Shown in pieces: positions 34,441 to 47,152 of a stretch of DNA of 64,000 bases. The position numbers and the translations under genes were made by a program. Position 1 is the first letter of the stretch; every line of letters begins with the position of its first letter. The stretch is from positions 91,264,001-91,328,000 of the forward strand of contig NC_091994.1 of assembly GCF_044704955.1 (NCBI RefSeq). The letters run 5' to 3'. The DNA is from Pristiophorus japonicus. Its lineage: Eukaryota. The notes beneath the pieces were generated by a model. That model saw only the letters and a list, made by a program, of their open reading frames with translations, ran no database searches and was not told where the DNA came from.

Positions 34441-36003
34441 GAACATAGAAAATAGGTGCAGGAGTAGGCCATTCGGCCCTTCGAGCCAGCACCGCCATTC
34501 AATGAGTTCATGGCTGAACATGCAACTTCAGTACCCCATTCCTGCTTTCTCGCCATACCCCTTGATCCCCCTAGTAGTAAGGACTACATCTAACTCCTTT
34601 TTGAATATATTTAATGAATTAGCCTAAACAACTTTCTGTGGTAGAGAATTCCACAGGTTCACCACTCTCTGGGTGAAGAAGTTTCTCCTCATCTCGGTCC
34701 TAAATGGCTTACCCCCTTATCCTTAGACTGTGACCCCTGGTTCTGAACTTCCCCAACATTGGGAACATTCTTCCTGCATCTAACCTGTCTAATCCCGTCA
34801 GAATTTTAAACGTTTCTATGAGATCCCCTCTCATTATTCTGAACTCCAGTGAATACAAGCCCAGTTGATCCAGTCTTTCTTGATATGTCAGTCCCGCCAT
34901 CCCGGGAATCAGTCTGGTGAACCTTCGCTGCACTCCCTCAATAGCAAGAATGTCCTTCCTCAAGTTAGGAGACCAAAACTGTACGCAATACTCCAGGTGT
35001 GGCCTCATCAAGGCCCTGTACAACTGTAGCAACACCTCCATGCCCCTGTACTCAAATCCCCTCGCTATGCAGGCCAACATGCCGTTTGCTTTCTTAACCG
35101 CCTGCTGTGCCTGCATGCCAACCTTCAATGACTGATGTACCGTGACACCCAGGTCTCGTTGCACCTCCCCTTTTCCTAATCTGTCACCATTCAGATAATA
35201 GTCTGTCTCTCTATTTTTACCACCAAAGTGGATAATCTCACAGCTCACATTATACACTTATCCACATTATACTTCATCTGCCATGCATTTGCCCACTCAC
35301 CTAACCTATCCAAGTCACTCTGCAGCCTCATAGCATCCTCCTCGCAGCTCACACTGCCACCCAACTTAGTGTCATCCGCAAATTTGGAGATACTACATTT
35401 AATCCCCTCGTCTAAATCATTAATGTACAATGTAAACATCTGGGGCCCCAGCACAGAACCTTGCGGTACTCCACTAGTCACTGCCTGCCATTCTGAAAAA
35501 TACCCATTTACTCCTACTCTTTGCTTCCTGTCTGCCAACCAGTTCTCAATCCACGTCAGCACACTACCCCCAATCCCATGTGCTTTAACTTTGCACATTA
35601 ATCTCTTGTGTAGGACCTTGTCGAAAGCCTTCTGAAAGTCCCAATACACCACATCAACTGGTTCTCCCTTGTCCACTCTACTGGAAACATCCTCAAAAAA
35701 TTCCAGAAGATTTGTCAAGCATGATTTCCCTTTCACAAATCCATGCTGATTTGGTCCTATCATGTCACCTCTTTCCAAATGCGCTGCTATGACTTCCTTA
35801 ATAATTGATTCCATCATTTTACCCACTACCGATGTCAGGCTGACCGGTCTATAATTCCCTGTTTTCTCTCTTCCCTCCTTTTGTAAAAAGTGGGGTTACA
35901 TTGGCTACCCTCCACTCCATAGGAACCGATCCAGAGTCTATGGAATGTTGGAAAATGACTGTCAATGCATCCGCTATTTCCAAGGCCACCTCCTTAAGTA
36001 CTC
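34441..36003 (-). mobile_element. CR1 LINE RT and 3' end
   Basis: ORFs 35245-35826 and 34709-35257 contain RT motifs (QHGF, GVPQGSVLGP, KFADD). Confidence 0.93.
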
Positions 36004-36309
36004 TAATGGACCCGATGTTCCAGTCCTGAACTCGAGTTGAGGGGGTGGAAGATGCCTGTGCGTGAATTTCTTTTAACGTGTGGTGACTGTTGCACAACAG
36101 CCACCACACGGGCTCGACAGAGCTAGGCCTTTATCCAGTGGCAAGGGTTAACCAGGACGACTGGAGACCTGCTCTGCTGCACGGACCTACTGTGCACACA
36201 TATCGCAGTGTGGGCAGGTCCGTGCTGTCCCTGGGCTCTCTGCTCTTCTGGGCCCCGTACCCTCATTCGCCGCACCGCCGCCATGATATTTGGTAAAAGG
36301 AGATAACAA

Positions 36310-36445
36310 AACTCATCACTGCTCCATTTGTGGGAAGGGATTCGCTTGCTCATCCACGCTGCAGACACACCAGCGAGTTCACACTGGAGGGAGGCTGTTC
36401 ACCTGCTCTGTGTGCGGAAATCGATCAGCTTGCTCATCCACGCTG
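36310..36445 (+). pseudogene. fragment of a tandem C2H2 zinc-finger gene (about 1.5 fingers)
   Basis: HCSICGKGFACSSTLQTHQRVHTGGRLFTCSVCGNRSACSSTL; second finger truncated. Confidence 0.75.
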
Positions 36446-36827
36446 ACTGGCCGACTCGGGGTCCACCCCTCGAGCACCGCGATTGGTTGCAGAACCTTTG
36501 ATCCTCCAGCCTGGGAGATCTCTTCCTGTTGGTTCCCAAGGCAACAGAGATTAGTGATAGGGAGGGGCGAGGCCATGGAGGGATTTGAAAACAAGGATGA
36601 GAATTTTGAAATGGACATTAAGGAGCATCTTAGCCAAGCAGGATCCTTCCCTTTACCCATCCGTACAGGAATCAGGGAATAGTGACAGTGGGAAGGAATC
36701 CTAGTCAAATAGGAACATTTAAGGCCAACTATTGCTCCCCAGCTGTTGTCGTGGCACAGATTGGGAGTTGAACCAGAACAGCTCTGTGCAGTAGTTTGTG
36801 ATTTATTGCTTGTTACTGTCATTCCAG

Positions 36828-36899
36828 AGACTTTTTCCTGATTTCTTTTACATAACTCAGAATGGAAGAGTGATCGAATTTCTCGCCTGTATTAAGAGA
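36828..36899 (+). other. INTS11: diverged tandem duplicate of INTS11 exon 3 (possible 72-nt in-frame cassette exon or pseudo-exon)
   Basis: RLFPDFFYITQNGRVIEFLACIKR versus [24 protein letters not shown]; same TTCCAG acceptor; ~100 bp of upstream intron is also duplicated; donor AGA|GTGAGG. Confidence 0.7.
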
Positions 36900-37236
36900 G
36901 TGAGGAGAGAGTTCAGAGGGAATGTCTTTATGCAGTAGGTTGTTGGGGCATGGAATGCTTTCCCACAAGAAGCTGGAAAGCACCATTGCATCTTTTTTAC
37001 AGAAACTGGGATAAACCTTTGAGGTTACTGGATGGTGGGGAGAGACTAGGACAGTGAGATTAGCAAAGTAGCAGCACAGAACATGATTGACCAAATAGCC
37101 CCCTTCCCGGCTGTAAACGTCCCAATTGTCGCTCCCAAGCTGCTGTCGTGCAGACTGGGAGCTGAACCAGAACTATCCGGGTCCGTACAGCTCCGTGCCG
37201 TAGTTTGTGATTTACTGCTGCTTCTTGTTATTCCAG

Positions 37237-37310
37237 AGACGCTTTCCCGATTTCTCTTACATAACTCAGAATGGAAGACTGACAGAATTTCTCGACTGTG
37301 TCATCATCAG
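37237..37310 (+). CDS. INTS11: INTS11 coding exon 3 ([25 protein letters not shown])
   Basis: 74 nt, AG/GT boundaries. Confidence 0.96.
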
Positions 37311-37825
37311 GTAAATATTGCTCTCGTAGGTTATAACTGGTGACATTATTGGAGCTGAGGTGGGGTATAGAGGAGGCATGGCTTCAGGCTATAGTGCTAG
37401 TTTAGACTTTTATTTGCTGCCGGACATGCTGAGTGTTTCCAGCGTATTCTGTTTTATTATGTTTTCCATCAACAGTATTTTGCTTGATGTAACAACAACC
37501 TGTCACAAACAATGATTTTTGCCCCAAAAGATTTAAAATAGGATGCACTATTTTCAAACTGTAAGGCTGCAATGGATTTTCTTTAGTTCCGTACAGAATC
37601 TGTTTTCTTTTCACGGCCTGTAAAATCGCCTTCCATTTAGAGTTTGTGGAATGAAGAGACTGGATGAATCTTAAAGGGGTTCCTCAGAAATGTAGGTGAC
37701 AGGCGAACTGTTAATGTCCCAACCTTGATCTCAAAGCAAGCATTTTACTAAGTCAATGCTAAATTTCCTGATGTGTCTTAAAACACTTGTTAAAGTGTTT
37801 ACTGTGTAATCTTTATTCTTCTCAG

Positions 37826-38054
37826 TCATTTCCACCTGGACCACTGTGGTGCCCTTCCTTACATGAGTGAGATGATTGGCTACGATGGGCCTATATACAT
37901 GACCCACCCTACAAAAGCCATTTGTCCAATCCTTTTAGAAGATTATAGGAAGATTACAGTTGATAAGAAAGGAGAGACCAACTTCTTTACTTCTCAGATG
38001 ATAAAAGACTGTATGAAGAAAGTTATAGCTGTTCATCTGCATCAAACAGTACAG
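37826..38054 (+). CDS. INTS11: INTS11 coding exon 4 (HFHLDH metal-binding motif)
   Basis: 229 nt; [13 protein letters not shown]...VHLHQTVQ. Confidence 0.97.
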
Positions 38055-38688
38055 GTAGACAATGTATTGGTTACAATCCTTTGTTTAAAGAGTAAGAAAA
38101 TATTAACTTGTACTAGAGGAATAGATACACTGGATACATAGATAACATACAGTACCAAAATGACTACGGTGTCCAGGCTTATGGTGTTTTAGATGGGGCC
38201 TGTATAGAGTTTGTGTCTCGATGTTAGCTTTTAATAAAAGGTTTCTCTATTCTGCTGCCCCTTGATCCAAGTACGGAATGATTCACTGACCTTCCATTCG
38301 ATACTGCCTGCCAGTATACCCTGGTCCCACACTTTTTAAAATTAATTCACGGGATGTGGGCGTCGCAGGCAAGGCCAACATTTATTACCCATCCCTAGCT
38401 GCCCTTGGGAAGGTGATGGTGAGCCGCTGCCTTGAACCGCTGCAGTCCGTGTGGTGAAGGTACTCCCACAGTGCTGTTAGGGAGGGAGTTTTGACCCAGT
38501 GACGATGAAGAAAAGTCAGGATGCTGTGTGACTTGGAGGGGAACCTAGAGGTGGTGGAGTTCTCATGTGCCTGCTGCCCTTGTCCTTCTATGGTAGGGGT
38601 CGCGGTTTTGGGAGAGCAAACTGGAATTGTCTGCCTGAATTGTCTAACTTAGAAGATACGGATTGGTATTTTTGAAATGATCTTCTAG

Positions 38689-38787
38689 GTTGATGATGAA
38701 CTCGAAATTAAAGCATATTACGCTGGACATGTGCTGGGTGCCGCTATGATTGAGATTCGCGTGGGCTCAGAATCGGTGGTGTATACC
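38689..38787 (+). CDS. INTS11: INTS11 coding exon 5 ([33 protein letters not shown])
   Basis: 99 nt, AG/GT boundaries, AGHVLG motif. Confidence 0.97.
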
Positions 38788-38945
38788 GTGAGTATGACTG
38801 AACCTCAGCAACTACACTATTCATTTATCAGTAAAGGAGAGTAGTGCCAAGCAATTGCTTCAAGGATTTTGATTGTTATTGGCCATGCCACCTTGAATAC
38901 GAATCATCATTGAGGTGCTGTAATGTCTCTCGTTACATTGAACTA

Positions 38946-39423
38946 CAGGTTGGTCCTGCACCCTCGGGACCTGACCTGTGCCGAAACAGAGAATTTTCTG
39001 AACCATGGGAGGTCATGCCTAGCCTAGGCTTACCTTTAGATAGTGCCCAGACTCCTGAACGCCTTCGCCACGCTCCGGCTCAGGCTGCAAAACTCGGGCC
39101 TCGCTCTCTCTCTCCCCGTGTAGAAATCTCCCAGCCACATTTATTAATAGCGTGCTGGTTTGGTGCTCTTTTTTTTTAATAAACCCTCCTCTTCCTCAGA
39201 CCCAGCTTTGGCGCCTCAGTCAGCTGCATGCCCTTCCCTTTCCTTGCCCGGCCCGGTTACCTCACTGAACACTGAGAGCCAGGACTGCGGAAGCGCAGGA
39301 AACCGGGAGGCCACCCACGTAAAGCGGCATTTCTGCAGCACAGAACACTGAGAGTCAGTAAACGCGGGAAACCGGGACTAATGTCGAACCACGGATGTTT
39401 CCGGACCAGAGAGGCCCAACCTA
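38946..39423. mobile_element. Tc1/mariner (Tigger/pogo-like) MITE
   Basis: TA-flanked; ends CAGGTTGG...CCAACCTA. Confidence 0.55.
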
Positions 39424-40022
39424 TACTTGTATAATGTACAGTGAGAATCATAGTGCCAGATACACTGAGAGATGTCCACATGCTGTGATACACGATATAC
39501 CGAATGATCACATGCTGCAGCCACTTTTGTCCTGTTTATTATTTACTTTCACCTTTACTGAAGCTATTGATTTCCGCAGGGTGATTATTATGCTTCTACT
39601 AGTATTTGGTGGCTGGCAGTAGCCACTGTCCATATGCGAGCTTACACTGAGTGCTGGCGAGCTATTGAGTCATGGGAGGAGGGGGGGGGGCATCACAGCC
39701 AAGCCCAACCCTATCCTCACCCAGCGTTTACACATTCACACTTTCCAACAGGAGTCACTGGATAGCAATCGGTGGGGGGTGGGAGGGGAACTTAGGCTGG
39801 CTATTCCTGCATTCCTAGCCCAGGAAGTGCTGAGGTCATTTGAAATGTCCCACTGAAGCTAGCCTGAAAGCACAGACTGAATCTTCAATTCATTTAAATT
39901 AGAAGGATGAGGAAAAACCTCACCAACAAAATATAAAAATCTACTGGCGTTTTCTTGCAAGTTGGTCTTTGAGTTTTTTCTCTCTTTGATTGATTGCATT
40001 TATTATGTTTTAAAATCGGCAG

Positions 40023-40057
40023 GGTGATTACAACATGACGCCAGATCGACATTTAGG
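40023..40057 (+). CDS. INTS11: INTS11 coding exon 6 (GDYNMTPDRHLG)
   Basis: 35 nt, AG/GT boundaries. Confidence 0.96.
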
Positions 40058-41630
40058 GTGAGTCTGTGTCTCATTCTTGTGCTTCAGAAGATGTTTGCTT
40101 CAATTGCCGTTTGCCGGCGAATGGTTCTCGACGTTACAACATTGCTACTTCTCCTGTGTGCTGAGCAATGGATAGAACACAGGGCTGCAAACCTGCCATA
40201 ACTTCTTTCAGGCTGCTGAATGTATTGTTAACCAGTCTCCGGCCTCTGGTTGCAATCTCCAGAGCCACGACGTTGTGTTGGATGATTGTGTTTTGTCAGT
40301 GATGAGGTTGGATGCTGAACTCCCATGTCCTCTATTTTCCGCTCAGATCGCTGAGCAATTTCTTTAAAGCATTTTAAACATTTCTCCACACTGAGACCGG
40401 CACTGAATTTTCTGTACATTTGAGTGCATATTTATGGCGTCAGAATGAATTGCACTAAAAACTGGAAAGCTTCCACGATTGAATTTTCTTAAACATGTTG
40501 TTCTTAATGTGTGTAATTGATAGTTTAATAACTTCAAACTTTAATTTTTACATACAAAGCAGGACAAAGAATGAAAATGCTGTAAGATCAGGGGTTTTAT
40601 TCGGGCCCTGATTATGCTGATTTCTGCTTGTTTATGGCCGTTTTTACGCTCTGATCTATCTTAATGAGGTTGGCAGAAAATGTTGGTGTAAGTACCGGCC
40701 AACATAATTGGTGTAAGTTTTTGCATAACCTGCCGATTACACCATTGGAAGAAATTCCGGGCCAGTGTTACCCTTCAGTATACACTTTATTGAAAATGTT
40801 TATGGTACAATTTGTAATACCAGAGACATCCAGAAGGTGTCTCACTAGCACAGTTCTTTCTAAGGGTGCATTATCTTGTGTATATGGATCTTATGCCCCT
40901 TTTACTATGCTGCCATTGGTTGCAGACACCGTGGTGATGCTCCTGCAACTCGTGCTACTGGTGGTGGAGGACCAGAGAAACCCCCTGCAGAGATTGTGCT
41001 TGGCTCCTTCACCAGAGCCACCAGCATTCAATGTAAAAACGTGCTTCTGGCCTAGTCAACCTTTCCTTTTGGTCACAGGGAAGCCAAGGACTCAACCTGC
41101 CCATAAAGCCAGTTGTACAGTTACGGACTTTCTCCAATCTGTGGCCAGCAATGAACATTTAAACGATGCGTGCCCAAGATTGTGTATGCACAGTTGTTAC
41201 AGGTTTTATGTAATCCACCCTTCAATGTAATTGGGATAGATTTCTGTTCAATGCAGTTCTGTATTAAATGCAGTTCTGTATTATAAAGGGAGTACAACAG
41301 AGTTTGGCAGCTCACTTACATAACGGATTTTGTCATTTCTCACCCAGGTTTGTTTCATATGGAGCAGCTCACAGATTACTTGTCTTCAAGCCAGTTGGCC
41401 TCTCTTAATGTGTTACACTGTTGCTTTTCATTTGGATGTGAGATTCATTGGCTGGATCTGAAACCCACGTATCACTGACTCATAAAATTACTATCGTCTG
41501 TTTCGTTTCGCAAGCCTGCAGATGGATGAGGGGAGGTGGGGAAGAAATGGCAGATCTTGCATGACTGCTATCCTGTAGTTGCTTCTTGTGTGACTCTCAT
41601 AAGCACCAGAACGATCACTCTATTGGCTTC

Positions 41631-44600
41631 CATATCGGGACCAATGACATAGGTAGAAAGGGGGATGAGGTCCTGCAGGCAGAGTTTAGGGAGCTAGGAG
41701 AGAGATTAAAAAGCAGGACCTCAAAGGTAGTAATCTCCAGGTTACTCCTGGTGCCATGAGCTAGTGAGTACAGAAATGGAAAGATAGAGCAGATGAATGC
41801 GTGGCCGGAGACGGGAGGGCTTTAGTCTCCTGAGGCATTGGGATCGCTTCTGGGGAGGTGGGACCAGTACAAGCCGGACGGGTTGTACCTCAACAGAGCC
41901 GGGACCAATATCTTGCGGGGTAGGGTTGCTAGTGCTGTTGGGGAGGGTTTAAACTAGCTTGGCAGGGGGATGGGAACCTGAGAATAGATTCAGTAGGGAG
42001 GGGAGTAAAGCTGGAATTAGAAAACAAAAATAAAGAAAGTGAGTTCGAAGGAGAGAGGAAACAAGCAGGAAAAAAGGGTAAAAAAAACTAATTTAAAGGC
42101 ACTTTTACTAAATGCACATGGCATTCGTAACAAAATAGATGAGTTGACGGCACAAATAGATACAAATAGGTATGATCTGATAGCCATCACAGAGACGTGG
42201 TTGCAAGGTGACCAGGACTGGGAATTAAATATTATGGGGTATTTGATAATCCGGAAGGACAGACAGAAAGGAAAAGGAGGTAGGGTAGCTCTATTGATAA
42301 AGGATGGAATCACTGCAATAGTGAGAAGCGATATTGGCTCAAATGATCAGGATGTTGAAACAGTTTAGGTAAAGATAAGGAAAAAGTCACTGGTGGACAT
42401 AGTCTATAGGCTTCCTAACAGTAGCAACTCTGTTGGTCGGAGTATAAACCAGATAAAAAGGGAACAGCAATAATCATGGGTGATTTTAACCTCCATATTG
42501 ATTGGACAAATCAAATTCGTCAGGGTAGCCTTGAGGAAGAGTTCATAGAGTGCATAAGGGACGGGTTCCTTGAGCAGTATGTAACGGAACCAACCAGGGG
42601 GCAGTCTATCTTAGATCTGGTCCTGTGTGATGAGACAGGATTAATAAACAATCTCCTAGTAAAGGATCCCTATAGAATGAGTGATCATAGCATGGTTGAA
42701 TTTCAAATTCAGATGGAGGGTGAAAAAGTTGGATCTCTAACCAGCGTACTAAGCTTAAATAAAGGAGATTATGAAGGTATGAGGGCAGAGTTGGCTAAAG
42801 TGGACTGGGAAAATAGATTAAAGTGTAGGATGGTTGATGAATAGTGGTGTACATTTAAGGAGATATTTCACAACTCTCAAGAAAAATATATTCCAGTGAG
42901 GAGAAAAGGGTGTAAAAGAAAAGATAGCCATCCTTGGCTAACTAAAGAAATAAAGGACGGTATCCAATTAAAAACAAGGGCATACAAAATGGCCAAATCT
43001 AGTGGGAGGACAGAAGATTGGGAAGCTTTTAAAAGCCAGCAAAGAGTGACTTAAAAAAATGATTAAGAAAGGGAACATAGACTTTGAAAGTAAACTAGCA
43101 CGAAATATAAAAACAGATAGCAAGATAGGTATATAAAAAGGAAAAGAGTGGCTAAAGTAAATGTTGGTCCCTTAGAGGACGAGACCGGGGAATTAGTAAT
43201 GGGGAACATGGAGATGGCAGAAACTCTGAACAAATATTTTGTATCAGTCTTTACGGTAGAGGACACTAACAATATCCCAATAGTGGATAGTCAAGGGGCT
43301 ATAGCGGGGGAGGAACCTAACACAATCACTAAGGAGGTGGTAAGATAATGGGACTAAAGGTGGATAAATCCCCTGGACCGGATGGCTTGCATCCTAGGGT
43401 CTTAAGAGAAGTAGCGGCAAGGATTGTGGATGCATTGGTTGTAATTTACCAAAATTTCCTGGATTCTGGGGAGGTCCCAGCAGATTGGAAAACTGCAAAT
43501 GTAATGCCCTTATTTAAAAAAAGGAGGAAACTATAGACAAGTTAGCCTAACATCTGTGGTTGGGAAAATGTTGGACTCCATTATTAAAGAAACAGTAGCA
43601 GGACATTTGGAAAAGCAAAATTCGGTCAGGCAGAGTCGGCATGGATTTATGAAGGGGAAGTCATGTTTGACAAATTTGTTGGAAACAGGGTGGATAAAGG
43701 GGAACCAGTGGATGTGGTGCATTTGGACTTCCAGAAGGCATTTGATAAGGTGCCACATAAAAGGTTACTGCAGAAGATAAAAGTTCACGGGGTTGGGGGT
43801 AATATATTAGCATGGATAGAGGATTAGCTAACTAACAGAAAACAGAGAGTCGGGATAAATGGTTCATTCTCGGGTTGGCAATCAATAGTGGGGTGCCGCA
43901 GGGATCAGTACTGGGACCCCAACTATTTACAATCTATATTAATGACTTGGAAGAAGGGACCGAGTGTAACGTAGCCAAGTTTGCCGACGATACAAAGATG
44001 GGAGGAAAAGCAATGTGTGAGGCGGACACAAAAAATCTGCAAAAGGACACAGACAGGCTAAGTGAGTGGGCAAAAATTTGGCAGATGGAGTATAATGTTG
44101 GAAAGTGTGAGGTCATGCACTTTGGCAGAAAAAAAATCAAAGAGCAAGTTATTATTTAAATGGAGAAAGATTGCAAAGTGCTGCAGTACAATGGGACCTG
44201 GGGGTACTTGTGCATGAAACACACAAGTTTAGTATGCAGGTACAGCAAGTGATCAGGAAGGCCAATGGAATCTTGGCCTTTATTGCAAAGGGGATGGAGT
44301 ATAAAAGCAGGGAAGTCTTGCTGCAGTTATACAGAATATTGGTGAGGCCACACCTGGAATACCGCGTGCAGTTTTGGTTTCCATATTTATGAAAGGATAT
44401 ACTTGCTTTGGAGACAGTTCAGAGAAGGTTCACGAGGTTGATTCTGGAGATGAGGGGGTTGACATGAGGAAAGGTTGAGGAGGTTATTAGGCCTCTACTC
44501 ATTGGAAATCAGAAGAATGAGAGGTGATCTTATCGCAACAAATAAGATTGAGGGGGCTTGACAAGGTGAATGCAGAGAGGATGTTTCCAGTGATAGGGGA

Positions 44601-44918
44601 AACTAGAATTAGGGGGCATAATCTTAGAATGAGGGGACGCCCATTTAAAACTGAGATGAGGAGGAATTTCTTCTCTCAGAGGGTTGTAAATCTATGGAAT
44701 TTGCTGCCTCAGAGAGCTGTGGAAGCCGGGACATTGAATAAATTTAAGACAGAGATAGACAGGTTCTTAACCGATAAGGGATTAAGGGGTTATGAGGAGC
44801 GGGCAGGGAAGTGGACCTGAGTCCATGTTCAGATCAGCCATGATCGTATTGAATGGCGGAGCAGGCTCGAGGGGCCGTGTGGCCTACTCCTGCTCCTATT
44901 TCTGATGTTCTTATGTTC
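41631..44918 (+). mobile_element. near full-length decayed CR1 LINE (ORF1 esterase end, APE endonuclease, RT, tail)
   Basis: HIGTNDIG (SGNH-type ORF1) at 41631; EN motifs YDLIAITETW, MGDFN, SDHSMV; RT motifs GVPQG, KFADD; many stops. Confidence 0.95.
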
Positions 44919-45321
44919 AGGGCAGTGGCACAGCTGAAGCATGTGTATAATTTCCCAACATCCATCAGTATAGTTCTGTCAGAGTGATTGGCAGGCTGGC
45001 TCACAACTGGAAGGGTGTATTTTCTCATGGTTTAAATGGATGTCTGAATCTCTTCCTGAGTTCTTCCAGATGATTTGAAAAGAAGCTGGAGAATGAATTG
45101 TTTAACATGTTGTCAGTTGTTTCATTGTTAGTTCAGCAAGACATCTAGCTAGAGAGACAGTGCTTTTCCTCATCCTAATTTGAGTTCTATTTTCATTATC
45201 AATGAATTAAATAATGAAAACTTTTCAGGTAATTTCAAAGGCTTGTGAAACCTCACTTGTGTTTTGTTGATAGTTTGAGAATATCTTGCTGGATTCATCT
45301 CGCAAGTATAACACAACCTGA

Positions 45322-45500
45322 AAAGAAAGACTTGCATTTATATAGCGCCTTTCACAACCACAGGACGTCTCGAAGCGCTTTACAGCTAATGAAATACTTT
45401 TGGAGTGTAGTCACTATTGTAATGCAGGAAAAACGGATGCCAATGTACGCACAAGAAAACTCCCACAAACAGCAATGTGATAATGACCAGATAATCCTGG
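45322..45500 (-). mobile_element. Deu-SINE 3' fragment
   Basis: AAAGACTTGCATTTATATAGCGCCTTTCAC tail and body as at 7730. Confidence 0.8.
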
Positions 45501-45867
45501 GGTTTTTTATATATAAGTAAAATGATTCTTTAAGGGCATATATGCAAACAAATTAAATAGTTTCTTGGAAAAAGAAGAAAATGAAAGTATATGGGGAGTG
45601 AGTGGGTAGGTGGGATTGCAGGGCTATGGAGAGTGCGACTAATTGGATAGCTCTTTCAAAGAGCCGGTACAGGCGCGATGGACCAATTGGCCTCCTACTG
45701 CATTGTAAGATTCTATGATAGACTGTGGCTCATGTAGAGAAAAACAGATTTGATGGGCCAAATGGCCTGTTTCTGAGCTGTAGCATTCCATGATTCCATG
45801 ATTGTATGATTTGAATAATTAAAAGAAAGCAATTTGTCAAAGCCTGACTTGCCTTTCCTTGTTTTAG

Positions 45868-46006
45868 GGCTGCTTGGATTGACAAATGTCGTCCTGACCT
45901 ATTCATCTCCGAATCTACATATGCTACTACAATCCGAGACTCAAAGCGTTGCCGAGAAAGAGACTTTCTGAAGAAAGTGCATGATGCAATCGAAAGGGGT
46001 GGAAAG
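45868..46006 (+). CDS. INTS11: INTS11 coding exon 7 ([46 protein letters not shown])
   Basis: 139 nt; ESTY motif. Confidence 0.97.
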
Positions 46007-47152
46007 GTATGACGTAAATATTGCACTCTGCAATAGGCCAAAAGTAACTGTCTTTCCTGAATACTCCACCTATTGTTCTTTCAGAATTCTTTTAACATTC
46101 AGCCCTGCTGATGGCTCAACTGATTCAGGCAGTGAGTAACTCAGCTCTCCTGTCGTCTCCAGGCTCGGTCCCTGGTCTGTGGCGAGTTAACTGATCACAG
46201 CCTTAATGTTATCCCTGGCCTCCGTGCCCTTGGATCAAGTGGCTATTGCAGGCCCTGTGTGCTGATGTTGGGTGAGGATAGGATCAGCTCAGCCTGGTGT
46301 CCTCAGCCAGGGTGTGCAGACGCAGTTCATTCCCCATTTTAAAGCTCTACATTCTGCCCTTATTTTTATATATACTATTACAACTACCTGTGTCCACATT
46401 TAAAATGGACACTGCCAATGCAAACTTGCCATGTGCTGCTGCAATTTCCACTAACTGTGTGGTATTTATAATGAAACGGTTGACATGACGTGCGTGGCAA
46501 TGTAAGATTTTTACATAGTACTAGTGGATCCCCTGTGGCTTTGTACCCGGGGATTGAAAGACAAGTTAAGCAGGTTGAACAAGGGCAGGAGTGTGGGGGG
46601 GGACAGTTGGGCCAAGGCGGGGAAGGGAAAGAGAGAGAGCGGGAGAGGAGGAGGGGGGAAATGGGGAACAAGGAAGTGGAGGGGGTGAGGTGAGCAATGC
46701 AGCTTAAAAGGCTCCACCCAAGTATGGAAAACTGTGTGTAACTGTACAGGAGCTTGAGTGTATATATCTACAAGTAACATGTCATCTACACAGCAGAGGA
46801 TCCAATCTGTTAATCTCATGTACCACTGTCTGTGAGTGCGAATCTTTTACAATTCAATAATAAATGAAAGGATCAGCATATTCTCCTCGACCGTGGAAAT
46901 TGGAAAGTCACAGACTAGGTTTTCTACAATTATCACATGGCAGAATTGAAAATAATTGTTTTAAGGATTTGCTTTGCTTACTCATGATTTGAAACCTAAG
47001 TGGAACTCTGCTGTTTCGAAGAAAGCACTGCAGGATTGAATCACTTTGCGAGGTTAAGCTCCTGATCATTTTCTCCGCAGTTTCCAGCACTCCCTCATGT
47101 TCTTTTCCCCCGTGTGGGCGAGTGTCTGACCACTGTTCACTTGCATGGTGAC

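Larger units (their letters stand above)
34363..36546 (-). mobile_element. non-autonomous bipartite RTE-derived retroposon with a chimeric 5' head (antisense ZNF fragment), itself interrupted by CR1
   Basis: RTE-type 3' tail GAGGGACCGCCTATGAAGATGATGATG (compare 53400-53432); RTE 5'UTR/EN-start-like segment 36010-36260; ZNF fragment 36310-36445; candidate TSD GAGATT at 34357-34362 and 36547-36552. Confidence 0.6.
34018..36612 (-). mobile_element. L2 LINE 3' fragment hosting a nested RTE-derived element and a CR1
   Basis: L2 sequence at 34018-34362 resumes at 36547-36612 (compare the uninterrupted copy at 2400-2520). Confidence 0.75.

Noticed and set aside
40664-41230. 188-aa plus-strand ORF in INTS11 intron 6
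   Set aside because: No recognisable domain, begins in a MITE-like remnant, no supporting splice or start context.
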